Shown here: positions 27,500 through 43,109 of the stretch, piece after piece
Layout of the letters: each line of letters opens with the position of its first letter
How positions within the stretch are numbered: the first letter of the stretch is position 1
NCBI GenBank assembly: GCA_964016885.1
Contig: OZ024755.1
Location: 28,210,001 to 28,274,000, forward strand
Direction: 5' to 3'
DNA length: 64,000 bases
DNA from: Eledone cirrhosa
Lineage: Eukaryota
The notes under the pieces: model-generated
The model's input: only the letters and a program-made list of their open reading frames with translations
Databases searched by the model: none
Told to the model about the DNA's origin: nothing
Position numbers and translations under genes: made by a program

Positions 27500-28185
27500 A
27501 ATAATACAAACAAACAGGGAGTTACTATCAATATATATAGACACGAATCAAATATTACAAATAGGGAGTTAATCCCAATATATATAATTAGACAGAGATC
27601 AAATAATACAAATAGGGCGATAATATTAATATACGTAGACAGGGATCAAATAATACAAATATGGAGTTAATACCAATATAACATAGACTGGGATCAAATA
27701 ATACAAATAGGGAGTTAATACCAATATAACATAGACTGGGATCAAATAATACAAATAGGGAGTTAATACCAATATAACATAGACTGGAATCAAATAATAC
27801 AAAGACGGAGATAATGTTAATATACAGAGACAGGGGTGAGATAATATCAATATACTTAGACAGGGATCAAATAATACAAACAGGGAGATAATATCAATAT
27901 ACTTAGACTGGGACCAAATAATACAAAGAGTGAGATAATGTCAATATACTTAGACAGGGATCAAATATTATGAAGAGGGAGTTAATACCAATATACATAG
28001 ACAGGGATCAAACACACAAATAGGGAGATAAAACCAGTATACATAGACAGGGATCAAACACACAAATAGGGAGATAATACAAGTATACATAGGCAGGGAT
28101 CAACATAAATAGGGAGATGATACCAGTATACATAGGCAGGGATCAAACACATAAATAGGGAGATGATACCAATACACATAGACAT
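27500..28185 (+). repeat. Minisatellite, 43-48 bp unit, ~15 copies
   Basis: Unit ~agacagggatcaaataatacaaatagggagttaataccaatatacat. Confidence 0.9.
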
Positions 28186-28490
28186 GAATGAAATCCAACT
28201 GTCCGTATAGTTTTGTAATGACCATAAAGAAGGAAAATATCTCCTTATTCACGTATCAATTCCCACAGACGACAATATATCAACCAACGGAATCGAAAAA
28301 CTATCCAAATATAAAGATCTAGAAATAGAAATAACCCGAATATATGCAGCATACAGAAATATCTCAAATAATCACTGAAAATATATATTAAGAAGTTTAC
28401 AATCAATTCAATATAAACAACACCAACAAAAAACCCACTGCGCATACCCAAGGCGCAGTGACGCCGCAAAATATAAATAAGACTAATAAT
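28160..28490 (+). mobile_element. R4/Dong-clade non-LTR retrotransposon 3' fragment (restriction-like endonuclease)
   Basis: NDHKEGKYLLIHVSIPTDDNISTNGIEKLSKYKDLEIEITRI. Ends in a (TAA)n-type repeat, the known target of Dong-type elements. Confidence 0.8.
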
Positions 28491-28504
28491 AATGCTGCTG
28501 CTGT

Positions 28505-28545
<41 letters not shown>

Positions 28546-28574
28546 ATAATAATAATAATTATAATAATAGTAAT

Positions 28575-28760
28575 ACTTGTTTCTACTTTTGGCACAAGGC
28601 CAGCAAATTACTCAGTGTATTACTGGTACTTTATTTTATCGACCCCGTAAGGATGAAAGGCAAAGTTAACCTCGGCGGGATTTGAACTCAGATCGTAAAG
28701 GGACGTAACTACACTGGAAAGCATGCCTGACCCTCTACCAATACTGCCAATTCACCGTAG
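28575..28760 (-). mobile_element. SINE family 1
   Basis: Near full-length reverse complement. Confidence 0.85.
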
Positions 28761-29144
28761 TAATAATGCTTTCATTTATTGGCCACAAGGGCCGGCATGT
28801 AGGGGACAATACAAAAGACACGGACAGTGGTGGGATGGGGGTGGGTTACAATAAGCTCGAGTAAAAGTGCACAATGGTAAGACTAATTTAACAAAGAAAA
28901 TATAAAAAAAATATAAAATAAAATGTGCATAAATATAACAAAATAAATTCCCCAATGGCGGGGTAGACGACCTAGGCGTGACTCAGGTACCCCACCAATC
29001 CCGAACAATTCGGCGCTTCTAGAGTACCCGAGAGCCCCCCCCCCCTCACTCTCTCCTACTCAAGTTAGCCAGCCTATAGGCAATGATAAAGATAATGATC
29101 GAGCAAACTTATGTGATTGGTTATTATTCTGTTGTAAATGTAAC

Positions 29145-29198
<54 letters not shown>

Positions 29199-29289
29199 TA
29201 ATGAGCACATGGATACAGCAAATGATGTAATTTCAATTGTGTAATGTGCACGACGTGAAGAATTTGGTGTGTTTATATTTGTGACTATA

Positions 29290-30360
<1,071 letters not shown>

Positions 30361-31204
30361 AAACTACTGAATGAGAAAGATACGAAGAAATAATCTCACT
30401 GCGTTCATCAGAGGTATTTTAGTCCATACTAGAGCTCTCGTTTCTGCTTTCCATCTGAGTAAGATATGTAGGCTAATGTGGAGCAATAGAGTGCATTGTG
30501 GAACCGAACAATGAACCATGTGCAGAGCTGTAGATGAAATGCGGTTGTATATCTGTATATATGTAGATATACTATGTTGAAATGGAAGATACAACAGATG
30601 AATGGAAAGTGTACAGAGGTGGCGCTTTTATTTGGCTATCCGGTTGGCTGTTTGTTACGATGGCGGTCTGGCAGGCTGGTGGGCTTGCTGGGTGGATGAA
30701 TGAATGGATGAAGGAATGGTTGGATGGATAAATGGGTGGATGGGTGGTCGATGTTTGATGACTACATGAAGGGATGAGTATGGCCGTGAATAGGCTAGTT
30801 ATCTAGTAGTTTAGCTGTGAGGCTAACAGGAAAAAATGTTTATAATTTCTAAAATTCTCTGGCTGGAAGTCTTCATGGGAATAAGGCATGTGGACAAGCA
30901 GTGGAATGAATGCTTGCGTGGGTAGTTTACGAGAAGATATTTTTGGTAATGTAGCTCAGGTGGGTGGATCTATAACTAGACTGTGTGAGACACAATGCGA
31001 ATGAAAGGTGTGTGGGGTTTAAGTGATGCTTGTGTAGATAAATTAAGAAAGCACGGTCTGAATAAATTACAAATGTTGATTGAATGAACAGATTATAAGA
31101 ATGTGGTGGTGTTGGAATGCGTACACTTTATTATTAAGTTGTATTTGAAACTATTGGACCCCCAAAGCAGAATGAAAGGCAGTTTCATTCTCCGGACACA
31201 ATGT

Positions 31205-31380
31205 TTTGCAGCGAAGAGTTACGGTCATTTATGGTCTGAGTTCAAATCCCGCCGAGGTTAACTTTGCCTTTCATCCTCACAGGGTCGATAAAATAATGTA
31301 CCAGTCACGCACTGGGATCGATTTAATCGACTTTCCCCTCCCCCAAAATTGCTGGCCTTGTGCCTATATAAGAAACCGTT
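31205..31380 (+). mobile_element. SINE family 1
   Basis: Core match, long-tail variant. Confidence 0.85.
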
Positions 31381-32142
31381 ATTTATCATATGTATTTCTA
31401 GGCAGGAGATAGTAAGTTCGTAAAAATCTTAGGGCTGATATATTATTGATGGTGTTTCAAATGGTGATGTTTATGTCAAAGGTTTAGTTGCTTTTATATT
31501 AAGGTTGAGACAAATGTCCCCACGCCGATGGACATGGACCTTTCTACATTGTTAATTGTTAAAGTCTTCTCTTCTGTTTAGGTGTATTTATATTCTAAGT
31601 GAGGGAGCTCGTTCTCCACTACTTGCTTGGGGGGTGGTTAGTCTGGGGAGCTAAAACATGATACGGCTATTTCAATAAAATTAAAATCTATTGATATTTT
31701 GATTATGTTTTAGAATTCCCGTTTGTATAGAGAGGCTAATATGTTCCAAAATTCCTTTGAATATCTCTTTTATTCTGATAGTCTTTAAACGTTTCAATGA
31801 AAACTAATGAAATAAGAGTAGGGAATTTGAGCGTTCTCATGACGCAATAATTTGATATGATACGGACGTGTGAATATCAATCGAGTGAAATATCAGTAAA
31901 TACACGGATCAAAGATTATATGATTGGATTAATGGATGAAAAAAAAAAACTTTCAATATTGAATGGACGAATATCATCTGAATTTCAAAAGAAATGTTGT
32001 GTAGCTCAAATGTTATACATTAAAATGAACTCAAGTGGTGTCGTGTGAGGGAATAAGTGTAAATATGGTTTACATAAATACACAATCATTAGGTTAGGAA
32101 ATTATTAGCTCCTTAAGTTAAAAAAAAAAATGCGTAAGGGAT

Positions 32143-32244
<102 letters not shown>

Positions 32245-32289
32245 GTATATATATATGTATATATATATATGTATATATGTATATATATA

Positions 32290-32342
<53 letters not shown>

Positions 32343-32442
32343 CGCTATTTAACAGATGTGATTACATTCGGAAATTATTAATAACAAATAGACAGACAGA
32401 TAAATATATATATATATATGTGTGTGTATACAGAGAGAGAGC

Positions 32443-32521
<79 letters not shown>

Positions 32522-32639
32522 GATAAATATATGATTTTGACTCCGGGGATATTCGATCCCCTATAATTGAACACATACCTCTTTGTGTACTTTTCTCTAT
32601 ATACTGTCTTATAAAGCTATCTATACCTTGAGCTCATTA

Positions 32640-33050
32640 GAGTATAGTTATGATCTGAGTTCAAATCCGACCGAGGTTAACTTTGCCTTTCATCCTTACG
32701 GGGTCGATCAAATAAAGTACCAGTAATGCACTGGGGTAATTGCTGGCCTTGTGCCAAAAGTAGAAATAATTAAATCATAGGGGATTAATGTGTCTTTAAC
32801 TCCGTTTTTTAATTATATATATATATATATAGAGAGAGAGAGATAGGTTGATAGATTATCCACAAGTCTGACAGATATATATTTGCGCGTGTTATATTTA
32901 TAGAGGGTCTGACGCCATGCTTTGCAGCCCTTTATGGTCTGAGTTCAAATCCCGTTGAGGTTAACTTGGCCTTTCATCCTTACGGGGGTCGATAAAATAA
33001 AGTACCAGTAATGCACTGGGTAATTGCTGGTCTTGTGTCAAATGTAGAAA
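32640..33050 (+). mobile_element. Two SINE family 1 copies (32640-32770 and 32900-33050)
   Basis: Core matches. Confidence 0.8.
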
Positions 33051-33282
33051 CAGTTATATTTATAAAGAGATGGTGGCGGAAGGGAGAGGGATAATACAGA
33101 TATGATAAATTCATATGTTTAAAGCGTGTGTGATATTTACTAATATCTCTGTCTGTCTGTCTATGTGTGTGTGTGTGTGTAGAACAGAGAAGAAAGTGAT
33201 ATATCTTAAATATACGCATAGAAATTCCATGAGATACAAGCAATAGTATCTATGGATAAATTTTAACTGTGAGAGTTATGCA

Positions 33283-33335
<53 letters not shown>

Positions 33336-33499
33336 GCGGAAGGACGCAGCACAGACACACACATATATATCTATATTTATATCTAGGCACACGCATACAC
33401 ATATAGACAAGGGAAGTGTTAACATAATAAATATATATAAATAAATGCAAAGAGAGAGAGAGAGAGAGAGGAGAGAGGAGAAGATATAGGAAAATGATA

Positions 33500-33905
33500 A
33501 GGTAAGTAGAGAGATCGATGATAGATCTATACACAGATAGATAGACAGGCAGGCAGATATACAGATAGATAGATGGATAGATAGATAGATGGATGGAGAG
33601 ATAAACAGAAAGATACAGAGATAGAGAGTCGGGGAAATAGACAGACAAACATATAGATGAGATAGATAGATATATAGATAAATGGAGATATAGATAGATA
33701 GATAGATAGATAAATGGAGATATAGATAGATAGACAGATAAATAGATAGGTAGATAGATAGGTAGATAGATAGATAGATAAATGGAGATATAGATAGATA
33801 GATAAATGGAGTTATAGATAGATAGACAGATAGATAGATAGATAAATGGAGTTATAGAGAGATAGACTGATAGATAGATAGATAGATAGATAGATCAATG
33901 GAGAT

Positions 33906-33958
<53 letters not shown>

Positions 33959-33995
33959 CAGATAGACAAACAGACAGCTAGATAGATAGATAGGG
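33500..33995. repeat. (TAGA)n microsatellite with recurring taaatggaga interruptions
   Basis: Direct inspection. Confidence 0.95.
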
Positions 33996-34464
33996 AAACC
34001 TGTTCGGTAAGTAGCTACGTAGCAAGGTAGGTAGGTGAACATACTAAATTGTTTCGGTTTTTCTAAAGAGACGGTGGAAGGCAATGCCTTGTGAATGAAT
34101 AGAATATGAGGCTTAGAAATGAATGTGGAAACAAATATATAAATACACATCAACAACAATAATAATAATAATAGTAGAGAAGAAGTAGAGGAAGAAGATC
34201 AACATCAACAACAACAACAATGAAAATAAAATCTGAGAAAATATGAGAAGCAGAATGTGTGTCTGAATAGTTTTACGCGCGTGTATGTATGTGAATATAT
34301 ATGTGTGTGAGAGAGAGATTGTGTGTGTGTGTTTAGCGATGTCAGATGTGCGAGGAAGAGATGAACAAAGTTAAGAAGCGGGTTGGTGAGACTATATAAC
34401 CCATAGTTAAAGAACTAAAGGTATCCATAGGGAAACTCTATAGATAATGAACACAACCACAAGG

Positions 34465-34905
34465 ATATGTGGAAGAGCCGAACTCCCACTGTCATCGCCT
34501 CCATCTCTGTCGCCTTCCCCATCTCTCTGTATGGTGAGCAAATGGGGTCCCAGGTGCTGCCCTCTCCACGGCCCCGGCGGACAGAATGGAGGAGGCATTT
34601 CCCCGGAGGATGGTAAGGGAGATGCGCTGGAAGAGCCATTCCAACTCGCGAGGCTCACATTAGCGGCTGGCCAGCTCAGCGCCTATGGTGGTGAGTAGGG
34701 AGGTAGCCCTAGGGCCAAGGACACCAGAAGTCTCCACTGCTACAGCTAGCCAGCTCAGCACCTATGATGATAAGTAGAGAGGTAGCCCTAGGGCCAAGGA
34801 CACCAGAAGTCTCCACTGCTACAGCTAGCCAGCTCAGCACCTATGGTGATAAGTAGGGTGGTAGCCCTAGGATCAAGGACACCAGAAGTCTCCACTGCCA
34901 AGGGC
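34465..34905 (-). mobile_element. CRE-clade 3' end with a 79-bp triplication
   Basis: AVETSGVLGPRATSL present three times, then EWLFQRISLTILRGNASSIL and a 3' UTR shared with 44010 and 60620. Confidence 0.8.
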
Positions 34906-35343
34906 ACGAAAGTTAAGAAAAAACTGTAGTTTGGTATAATGAGTAAACAGGTAATTCACAGGTGGATATAGATGAACAGATGAATGGAAGAATTAATGAA
35001 GTAGAAAAATAAATTCTTAAAACACAAAGATAAAAATAAAAAGATAAATAGTTTAAAGAAAAAAAAAAGAAGAAAATGAATAAAAATCTGAATGTTGTTT
35101 CGGGTGGAATGTGAAGAGAATCTGAGACAGATTCAACATGTAGTCGTAAAAAATAGAAGAAAATAAAATTCCATTAGTTAGATTATATACAACCCAGCTT
35201 TTTCTCTCGCGCTGTTTACCTGCACATCTTAAGCTAGTTCTATAAATAGCCATGTATATATAAACTCCGCCATATATATACACACACATACATACACACA
35301 CACATATATATATATATATATACACAAATATATATATATACAC

Positions 35344-35437
<94 letters not shown>

Positions 35438-36184
35438 ATATATATGTTTGAATTATTTGTTCTGTTTAGGATGTTTGTGTTACATCAAATTTCACCGAAT
35501 CCACAACTGCACTGATTAACACAAATCCCATATTCTACCAACTACCCAAAGAATGTGACACTACGTGGTCCTTATGCAATACATTATCTCTCGATTATAA
35601 CCTCAACTTCGTAAACATCTGCTATTATCACAGATACTTTCCAAAAGAAAACGCCTTCTAATATAGAATACCATTGGACATTAAACTATTCAATAAAAAT
35701 TGACAACGAAACTCAGTCTTGGAATGTAAAGATAGACCTGCCCTGCCCCCAAGAAGGGAAAATCCAAAATAAATTTCAGTTACTTGGGTATGACTTAACA
35801 CTATTCTTCTCATCGACAATACTAGCCAATCGTAGCTATTCATCTAAATGATTCTATGCTTTTATGATTCTTGAATATCATGTCCTTGTGTGTGTTTGTG
35901 GGAGTTTGTTTGTGATTGGAAGTGATTTCCTAGTCATTTGAGGAAGAACTATTATTAAATTTGAATGATGACGTTGAAGTATTTTTTAAAGAAAACTAAG
36001 ATTTATGTGAGGAGGCATTAAAGTATAGAATTCCCAGTATTACTAGATAATCACTGTTGAAATATTAAATGGAAACAAATGGCTGTTTCAGCAGCACGAC
36101 GTTCGTACCGACATCCTTTAGTATACCTAAATAGGTTCAGTGAGAGACTACGGTGAATGTGGCTCGAGGTATTTTGTTAATTGT

Positions 36185-36305
36185 GAGGCATAGCTTAGTG
36201 GTTAGAGCGTCAGGCTCACAATTGTGAGGCTGGGAGTTCAAGTCTCGGAACGGGGTTTGAGTTGCGTTCTTGAGCAAGACAGTTTGTTTCACATTGCTGC
36301 AGACC
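36185..36305 (+). mobile_element. SINE family 2
   Basis: A-box-like tagcttagtggttagagc, B-box gagttcaagtc, and ttgagcaagaca core. Confidence 0.7.
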
Positions 36306-37379
36306 GACGTATTTACCTCTATCTACATCTGTAGATTAACATTTATTTCATCCTATGCCAGCAAGCGAACTACATGTATAATTTCGTTCGGTGGAGGTTT
36401 TATCTCTATCTTCCAAGTGTGTTCTTCCTTCTTTTCTATCCGATTTTCTTTGAAGAAAGACCTCTACCCTGGGTTTCTTTAGCAAGTTGATGCAGAAATT
36501 AGTTCCTCTTATTTTTACATTAACCTATTCGGAACACACTGGACATAGGGTGTGTTTATTTTAAATGTTTTCGTTTGTGTTATTACTCCATGTTTGAGCC
36601 TCGATCGAAGTAGAGTATATCGCCCCTCCCCCCGCTCCATCTATCCCTCTCTCTAACACACACATGCGCTTATACACACATCATAAATGAAAATATATAA
36701 GCTCTACGTGTCCCACTAAAAGTTACGTTAAATTTCTCTACGATTTACAATGCGTTGATCTGTATCACTATTAATATTTGGATTGATGTAATTCTGTAAT
36801 AAATAGCTGCGAATATTTTGTGGAGAATTCCAATGATTGTTCCTTTATATTTTCATAAGCATGGTAAAGACTTTTCGTTCCTAGAAAGCTCCAACAACGC
36901 TGATAACTTTACTGTCAGTCAGTTGTGTTATCAACGCCGGTAATAGTGACACAACAAACACATGTATACACACGCACACGAATCTAACTACACACACATG
37001 TAACTATATAACTTTGTAAAAAAAAAGAGGCCACATTCCAAAGAAAGCCGTTCATTTATTTATTGTTATTTTTTTTTATTTTTTTATCAGATGACAGATG
37101 TTATTTTTACTTATATTTATGTATTAAGGAAATGAAATGTCGATAAAATTATAAACATATATGTAGAGGATTAGTGTCTGAGTGGATTAGAGAGTGAATG
37201 TGATATTCCGTTAACTAGTGAGGTGGAATAAACATTATATTACAATTGAATGCTTTGTAGTTGTAGATCTTGATTGTCAATCTAATACTGAAGACGACAT
37301 ATTTATATATATATATATATATATATCAGCTTCTACTACAACGTAATATAATATCAGTATACAACAACTACAACGGTAC

Positions 37380-38410
37380 GCGATGGGGCCCACCCACAGC
37401 CCCAGCGGACAGAATGGAGGTGGCGTTTCCCTGGAGGACGGCAAGGAAGGCGCGCTGGAAAAGCCACTCCAACTCGCGGGGCTCACACCTGCGGCTGGCC
37501 AACACAGCTGTCTATGGTGGTGAATAAGGAGGTAGCCCTGGGGCCGAGGACACCAGAAGTCTCCACTGCCAGGGGTACGATCGCAAACCTGTCGGAGAGC
37601 GACCGGTATTTGAGGAGTTTGGCCCCCTCAGCCCGACGTGCAGCAGAACCTGGGTCAGTCGCAGACTGCACCAGGTTGCGGCTGCAGAAAGTGTCGGTGC
37701 AAGAGGCATCCCAGACGAGGGGTTTGCCCCCGCGGAACGGGAAGATAGTCATGCCATCTGGCCTTTTGCCGTCCCCTCGATCCAGCCCCACCGGCTCGTG
37801 CTGGGAAGGGAAGCCTGCAACGTCCAAGCCATGCTTAATGACCTCGTTGAGGGTAGCATGGCGTGGAATGCGGCCGGCACTGTGGCAAAAGGAAAACGGG
37901 TGGAGGCCGAAAGAGTCCACGGTGGAACCGCAGCGACATTGGTGTGGCTGGCAGAGATCTGGAGCATCAGGGAAACGCCGATTCGCAGACTATATGGTTG
38001 TTTAGCTGCGCGCCAGTGGAGAAGGAGGCCGGGGAATGGAACCAGGCACCACTGTGGGGGTTGGAGGCCGCACGGAAACAAGCAAGGCGGTGCTGGTCGA
38101 GCTGGCGCGTGAGCCTGTCTGAGGCCAGGCTGCACTGGATGGCATCCCAAGTGCGTTGGGGGTCCTTGACGTCAACAGGGGAAGAAGGAGGAGGGATGTC
38201 TACTGGGCTAAGTCCAAGCCGGTCCCACGTCTCACAGGCGGCCTCACGTTCTCTGAACACAGAGGGTTCTGTTGTGTTGTGAAGAACCCTGCTGACGAGG
38301 ACGCGGCACGAGGTTACCGACGAAAGATACGCTGGCAAAGCTAGTGAGATCGGGGACTGGAGGCCAAGGCCGCCACACCTGACAGGTAAAGTGGCCTGTT
38401 GCCACCCTAT
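37380..38410 (-). mobile_element. CRE-clade non-LTR retrotransposon, RT thumb-CCHC-REL endonuclease region, frameshifted
   Basis: QQATLPVRCGGLGL...SGAWF...CRCGSTVDSFGLH...RHATLNEVI...KRPDGMT...WDASCTDT...AEGAKLLKY...PLAVETSG. GC-rich island, 5' truncated. Confidence 0.9.
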
Positions 38411-38519
38411 GAACGATTAGTTATAACGTTATTCTGCGATGGCGCATGGCTTTGTGGTTAGAGTATTCTGCTCAAGGTCTTAACGTCATGAGGTTTTAGT
38501 AGTCATTATCACCTTTTAG

Positions 38520-38825
38520 CAAGGGCGGTGAATTGGCAGTATCGGTGGAGTTCAAATCCCGTGGAGGTTAACTTTGCCTTTCATCCTTACGGGGTCGATA
38601 AAATAAAGTACCAGTTATGTACTGGGTAATTGCTGGTATTATTATAACCTGTGCGGTGGATTGAAAGTATTGGTAGAGGGTCGGACGCCATGCTTTCCAG
38701 CATAGTTACGTCCCTTTACGATCTGAGTTCAAATCCCGCCGAGGTTGACTTTGCCTTTCATCCTTACGGGGTCGATAAAATAAAGTATCAGTTATGTACT
38801 GGGTAATTGCTGGTATTATTATAAC
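38520..38825 (+). mobile_element. Tandemly duplicated SINE family 1 pair
   Basis: Both copies end in an identical gttatgtactgggtaattgctggtattattataacct. Confidence 0.8.
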
Positions 38826-39399
38826 CTTTTAGCAAGATTGCAACTTTAGGAAGATGGAGATGTAGAAGAGGTGTTCCAATGGTTCAAAAAGTATAGATCA
38901 GAAGTCGTAATTTATTTTCCCGATTGGCTTGGACACGTGAACAAAGTGTATGCAGCAAGATTTTTAGTGAGACAGGCACTAATTTATCTTTAATTACTGT
39001 CAGGGATTGGAATATTTGGTAAAACAAAGTTGACGGATAAATGGCCGAAAGGCCGTCCAACGAACTACTCTCAATGCTAGAGAGAAAAATAAAAAAATAG
39101 TGGGAAAGCTAGTTAAGAGCTGTTACACTACCAACGTCCAATACGTAACTAACAGCTAGTTTTGTAAAAGGTGCATTCTACTGCTGGTCGGAAATGGTCA
39201 TTTGTATTCATACGTCACCAACCTTACAGGGCTGGCGACTGACCAAGCACGACCAAATTACACCACAGCGATAAAATAGTATTATCCTGTCTCGCTACAA
39301 GTTCGATCACCGATGGTGCCTTTTCTCGTTGAGCAAGATACGTTGGAAATATTTCATAACGACTAGTAACCATCTAAAAGATTAGTTGACGTGGCTTAA

Positions 39400-39905
39400 T
39401 GTAATCTCAGCGTCCACACACTATGATGTATCACATCAGGTGTAGGTTGTCGTGGATGGATCTTTTCGGGATGGAATCTGTTTGGGCCACATTTACCAGA
39501 CCACCGACAAGTGTTAACCACGTCGCTAAGACTTGGCTCAGAATTTTAAACTCTGCATCTAACAGAGTTTATGGGCCTAGAATTATACATATAGTCCCCC
39601 TTATTCAGGCCTTTTCTCAGCAACACCACGAATCCTAGTCTCACAGAACTGGGAATTCTCTCCTTCTGCTGCCAGTACACCCGTGCCAAGGCGTCACCAA
39701 ACGAGACTGGCATTTAAGCATAAAGCACTTAGAGCAGATCATCTAAATTCCTTTTGCAGTTATTCATCGCCTCCCGTATTTCACCGACCATTATCGGCGT
39801 TTCGAAACAATCATCCTCCTTGACTGAGTGCCAATACAGGCTGTCCATATAGATGCTGAAGTCCATTTCACGATCTGGTCACCACCGCTCCCAAAAAATC
39901 TTCAG
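39400..39905 (-). mobile_element. L1/Tx1-clade RT fragment, degenerate
   Basis: TPIMVGEIREAM...LLDAEFKILSQVLATWL...AQTDSIPKRSIHDNLHLM matches the LLNxDYKIL...QxxxIPGRSIxDN motif region. Confidence 0.75.
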
Positions 39906-41104
39906 CTCTTAACCACAGGCATCATTTGTGAATAAAATTACAAATAGTTGAACCAAAGCCCCCATATATTGTGGGCTCACCTTGCTTAAATGCAAAGTAT
40001 GGCGTCTTACTAAAAGTTTGTAGCAAAAATTAAAGAATGAAAGGTTTTTAAAACAAGTTAACAATAACAAACTTACTGAAGCTAAGTCGTACGTGTGCAG
40101 CAAAGCAAATATAAATGATAATAATATTGCTAAAGGGATATATTTGTACTCATTGATAAAAGTCATAACAAAATAATTGTGTATAAAAATATCAACGATT
40201 TGTTAGCTTGGTATACCTCTACTAACAGTAAGCTTTCCGTAACATTAAGTAGGTGTGATTTTTTTCTGTAATATAACGCTTGTCTATCATCAGTTGATTT
40301 CTTTTTGGAGATTTGAGTGGGTAATTGCAAGCTAAGAAAGTGCTCACTACATCTCAGGAGATACGGCTACTTATATAGTTAGTTATTCCATTCGTCGTAC
40401 TTAGTAGAAAGTAGATAGCAGTTTTCACATTTGGCAGCTAAGTGTCATATTCCTTGAAGACAGGACGGTAAGATGTTACAAAATTCCAACAATCTACATG
40501 TTATCCGGTTTTCCATCATTTGACTATACTAACTTAGGCAGGAGGTGTAACTGTAAATAGGAAAGATTTACAAAGCGATCAGATATATAAATCTAAATAG
40601 CGTTGTGATCTGATTCAAATCAAAACGTAATTATATCCCCCAAAAGTAACTAACACGAGAGAATCTATGCGGTCATTTGCTCCTCTTTAAAAGGCCACGG
40701 CACTGCCCCCAAATGATAATTTATCATCTTGAAAAAACAAAAAAAAAAAAAAAACTGCAAGACATGTTAATAAATTAGTTAGTCTTTTATAGAATAAGTT
40801 TGAAAAATAGAGGATATTTGTTTCCGACATTGGTAATGATTTGAACATTCATTTCAGAAATCAGAGAGTATCTGGAGATAAGGAAAAATGGCGATTATAT
40901 CAACTCGTTCTCAATGTTCTACATCACATATTACGACACAAGTAGTAAATCTAATTAATGATAACGATATCAATTTGGTTGGTTTGGTTATCGGGGTACT
41001 ATCTGCATTAAACTTCTATTGTAGTTAGTAAATTGTTGCCACATGGCAAGCATCAACTTCATGTCACAGAAATAAGAATTTAATATAGTCAATTTAATAG
41101 CGAA

Positions 41105-41530
41105 GGTTCGTGGCTTATTGGTTAGGGTATTCATTTCAGAATCGCTATGTCTTGATTTCGATTCTGTGTGGGCCCCTTGTGGCCTTGAGAAAGACATTTA
41201 TCTGAAGTTGCTTCAGTTCACTCACTTAGCAAAAGGGAAGTGTAGCTGTTATTCAAACGGCCACCGTTTTCAAACAGTGAGTCACGCTGAATTTTTCCAC
41301 AGAACTATGTTAGGGCTACACGTGTCTGTGAAATGCTCAGCCATATATATGTTCATTTTGAGGCGGATGGCTTACTGGTGAGAGCATTGGGATTGCAATC
41401 GAAAGGTTGTGAGTTCGATTCTCGGACCGGGTGATGTGTTGTGTCCTTGAGCAAGACACTTTATTTTACGTTGCTCCAGTTTACTCAGCTATAGAAATGA
41501 GTTGCGATCCTGCCAAATCAATGGGTGGCA
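41105..41530 (+). mobile_element. Two SINE family 2 copies
   Basis: Heads at ~41105 and ~41380. Core tgtccttgagcaagacactt. Confidence 0.75.
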
Positions 41531-42362
41531 GTAGTTCCAGCTGCACGCATCGAAGGACTGATGTAGTGGTTCTGAGAACAATGCGGCTTTGTAGATGATC
41601 AATTTAATGCAAATTGACAATGGAAAGGCGCTCCTGCTCGAGTTAGAAGAAAACTACTGACTTTCAGGAGAAGCAGCGACCCCTGATTGTATTCAGCAAC
41701 CGAAACAAATATGAAGTACACCAAATCCAATGCTCATAGGGGCGGCCCTGGTTCTTCTTATTTGTGAGGGTAAACTCGGCCAGATTAGATTAGACTAACA
41801 TTTTCCGATGATCAAATCAATCTCAATATTCGTAGGCTGAACACAATAAATATAACATTTTTAAGAAACGAGTGTAGTCAAGTATACTAGTTTCCCCAAA
41901 AGAAATTGTATACATAGTTGGAAATAAATATATTTGTGCATGGGCATATAGACAGAAATGGAAGCATATGTGTACAGGCAAGTACAGAAACACACTCATA
42001 CACATACATCTATATACATGTGTGTATGTGTGTCAACGCCGCCTGTGTGTATGCGTATCTATGTACTTGTTAACAGTCTGCGGTAGTTGGCTACAATATG
42101 AAGCCAATTGGTGCGAGCTTCCAATGAAGATGGTGTTGTTATTGTAGAATAGAATGACAAAGAACGATGAGGCAATTCCTCTAGAATCCAATATGTACAA
42201 TGATAGAAACCCGAGAGGAAAGATATGTCTGCAAAATACAGTGAAGATGTTTCGGTATCGGATGTATTGAATAAGCAGTAAGGAATGCGAACAGATTCTG
42301 GAATTTTTTAGCTGAAATCATTAGTAATAGAAAATAAAACGGCTACAGTAAAATTTGTATAC

Positions 42363-42402
<40 letters not shown>

Positions 42403-42640
42403 GCATACGTCTGTGTGTATGTATGTATATATATATATATATATATACGTGTGTGTGTATGTGTATGTGTATATATGTATGTATGTGTGTGTATATGTAT
42501 GTATTTATAACTAGTGCTGCTGCTACTACTACAAATAATAGTTATTAACAACAGAACATACAGCAACATAACACTATAAATATTATGTTTGAGAATGTGT
42601 ATTTAGAGGTGGATGTGTGTTTGTGTGCGTGCGTGCGTGC

Positions 42641-42732
<92 letters not shown>

Positions 42733-43109
42733 GTGTGTGCGTGTTTGTGTGTGGTTAATGATGTAAAATAAATGGATAAAACATATTTTAGGAATTTTTT
42801 CTTCACACATAGTGAATGACCTCATCGGGTTTCCACATCCGGTTCGGTCAAAGATTTGTGATGAATGAAGCGTGTTAGCTGTTTGTTGTAGCAGGTAAAT
42901 ATGGCTAATGTGTGTAAGTGCGTTTAGCGTTTGTTTACGTCGAACCTTGGTTGGGGGTGGCTGTTTACTTTCGATCCAATATTGTAGGAAGAATTTAACT
43001 GCAGTATGGAATTTTAGTAATGTATGTAGCAAATAAATATGGCCAAGATCTATGCTGCTGCTGTTGTTGTTGATGGTTTTACTTTAAGTTTCGCCATGAT
43101 GCGCTAGAC

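Noticed and set aside
36185-36255. tRNA gene (also 20705, 41380 and 59390)
   Set aside because: A/B-box-like heads continue into a shared SINE body and do not form a complete cloverleaf.
37514-38344. Several overlapping plus-strand ORFs
   Set aside because: Antisense shadows of the GC-rich CRE retrotransposon on the minus strand.
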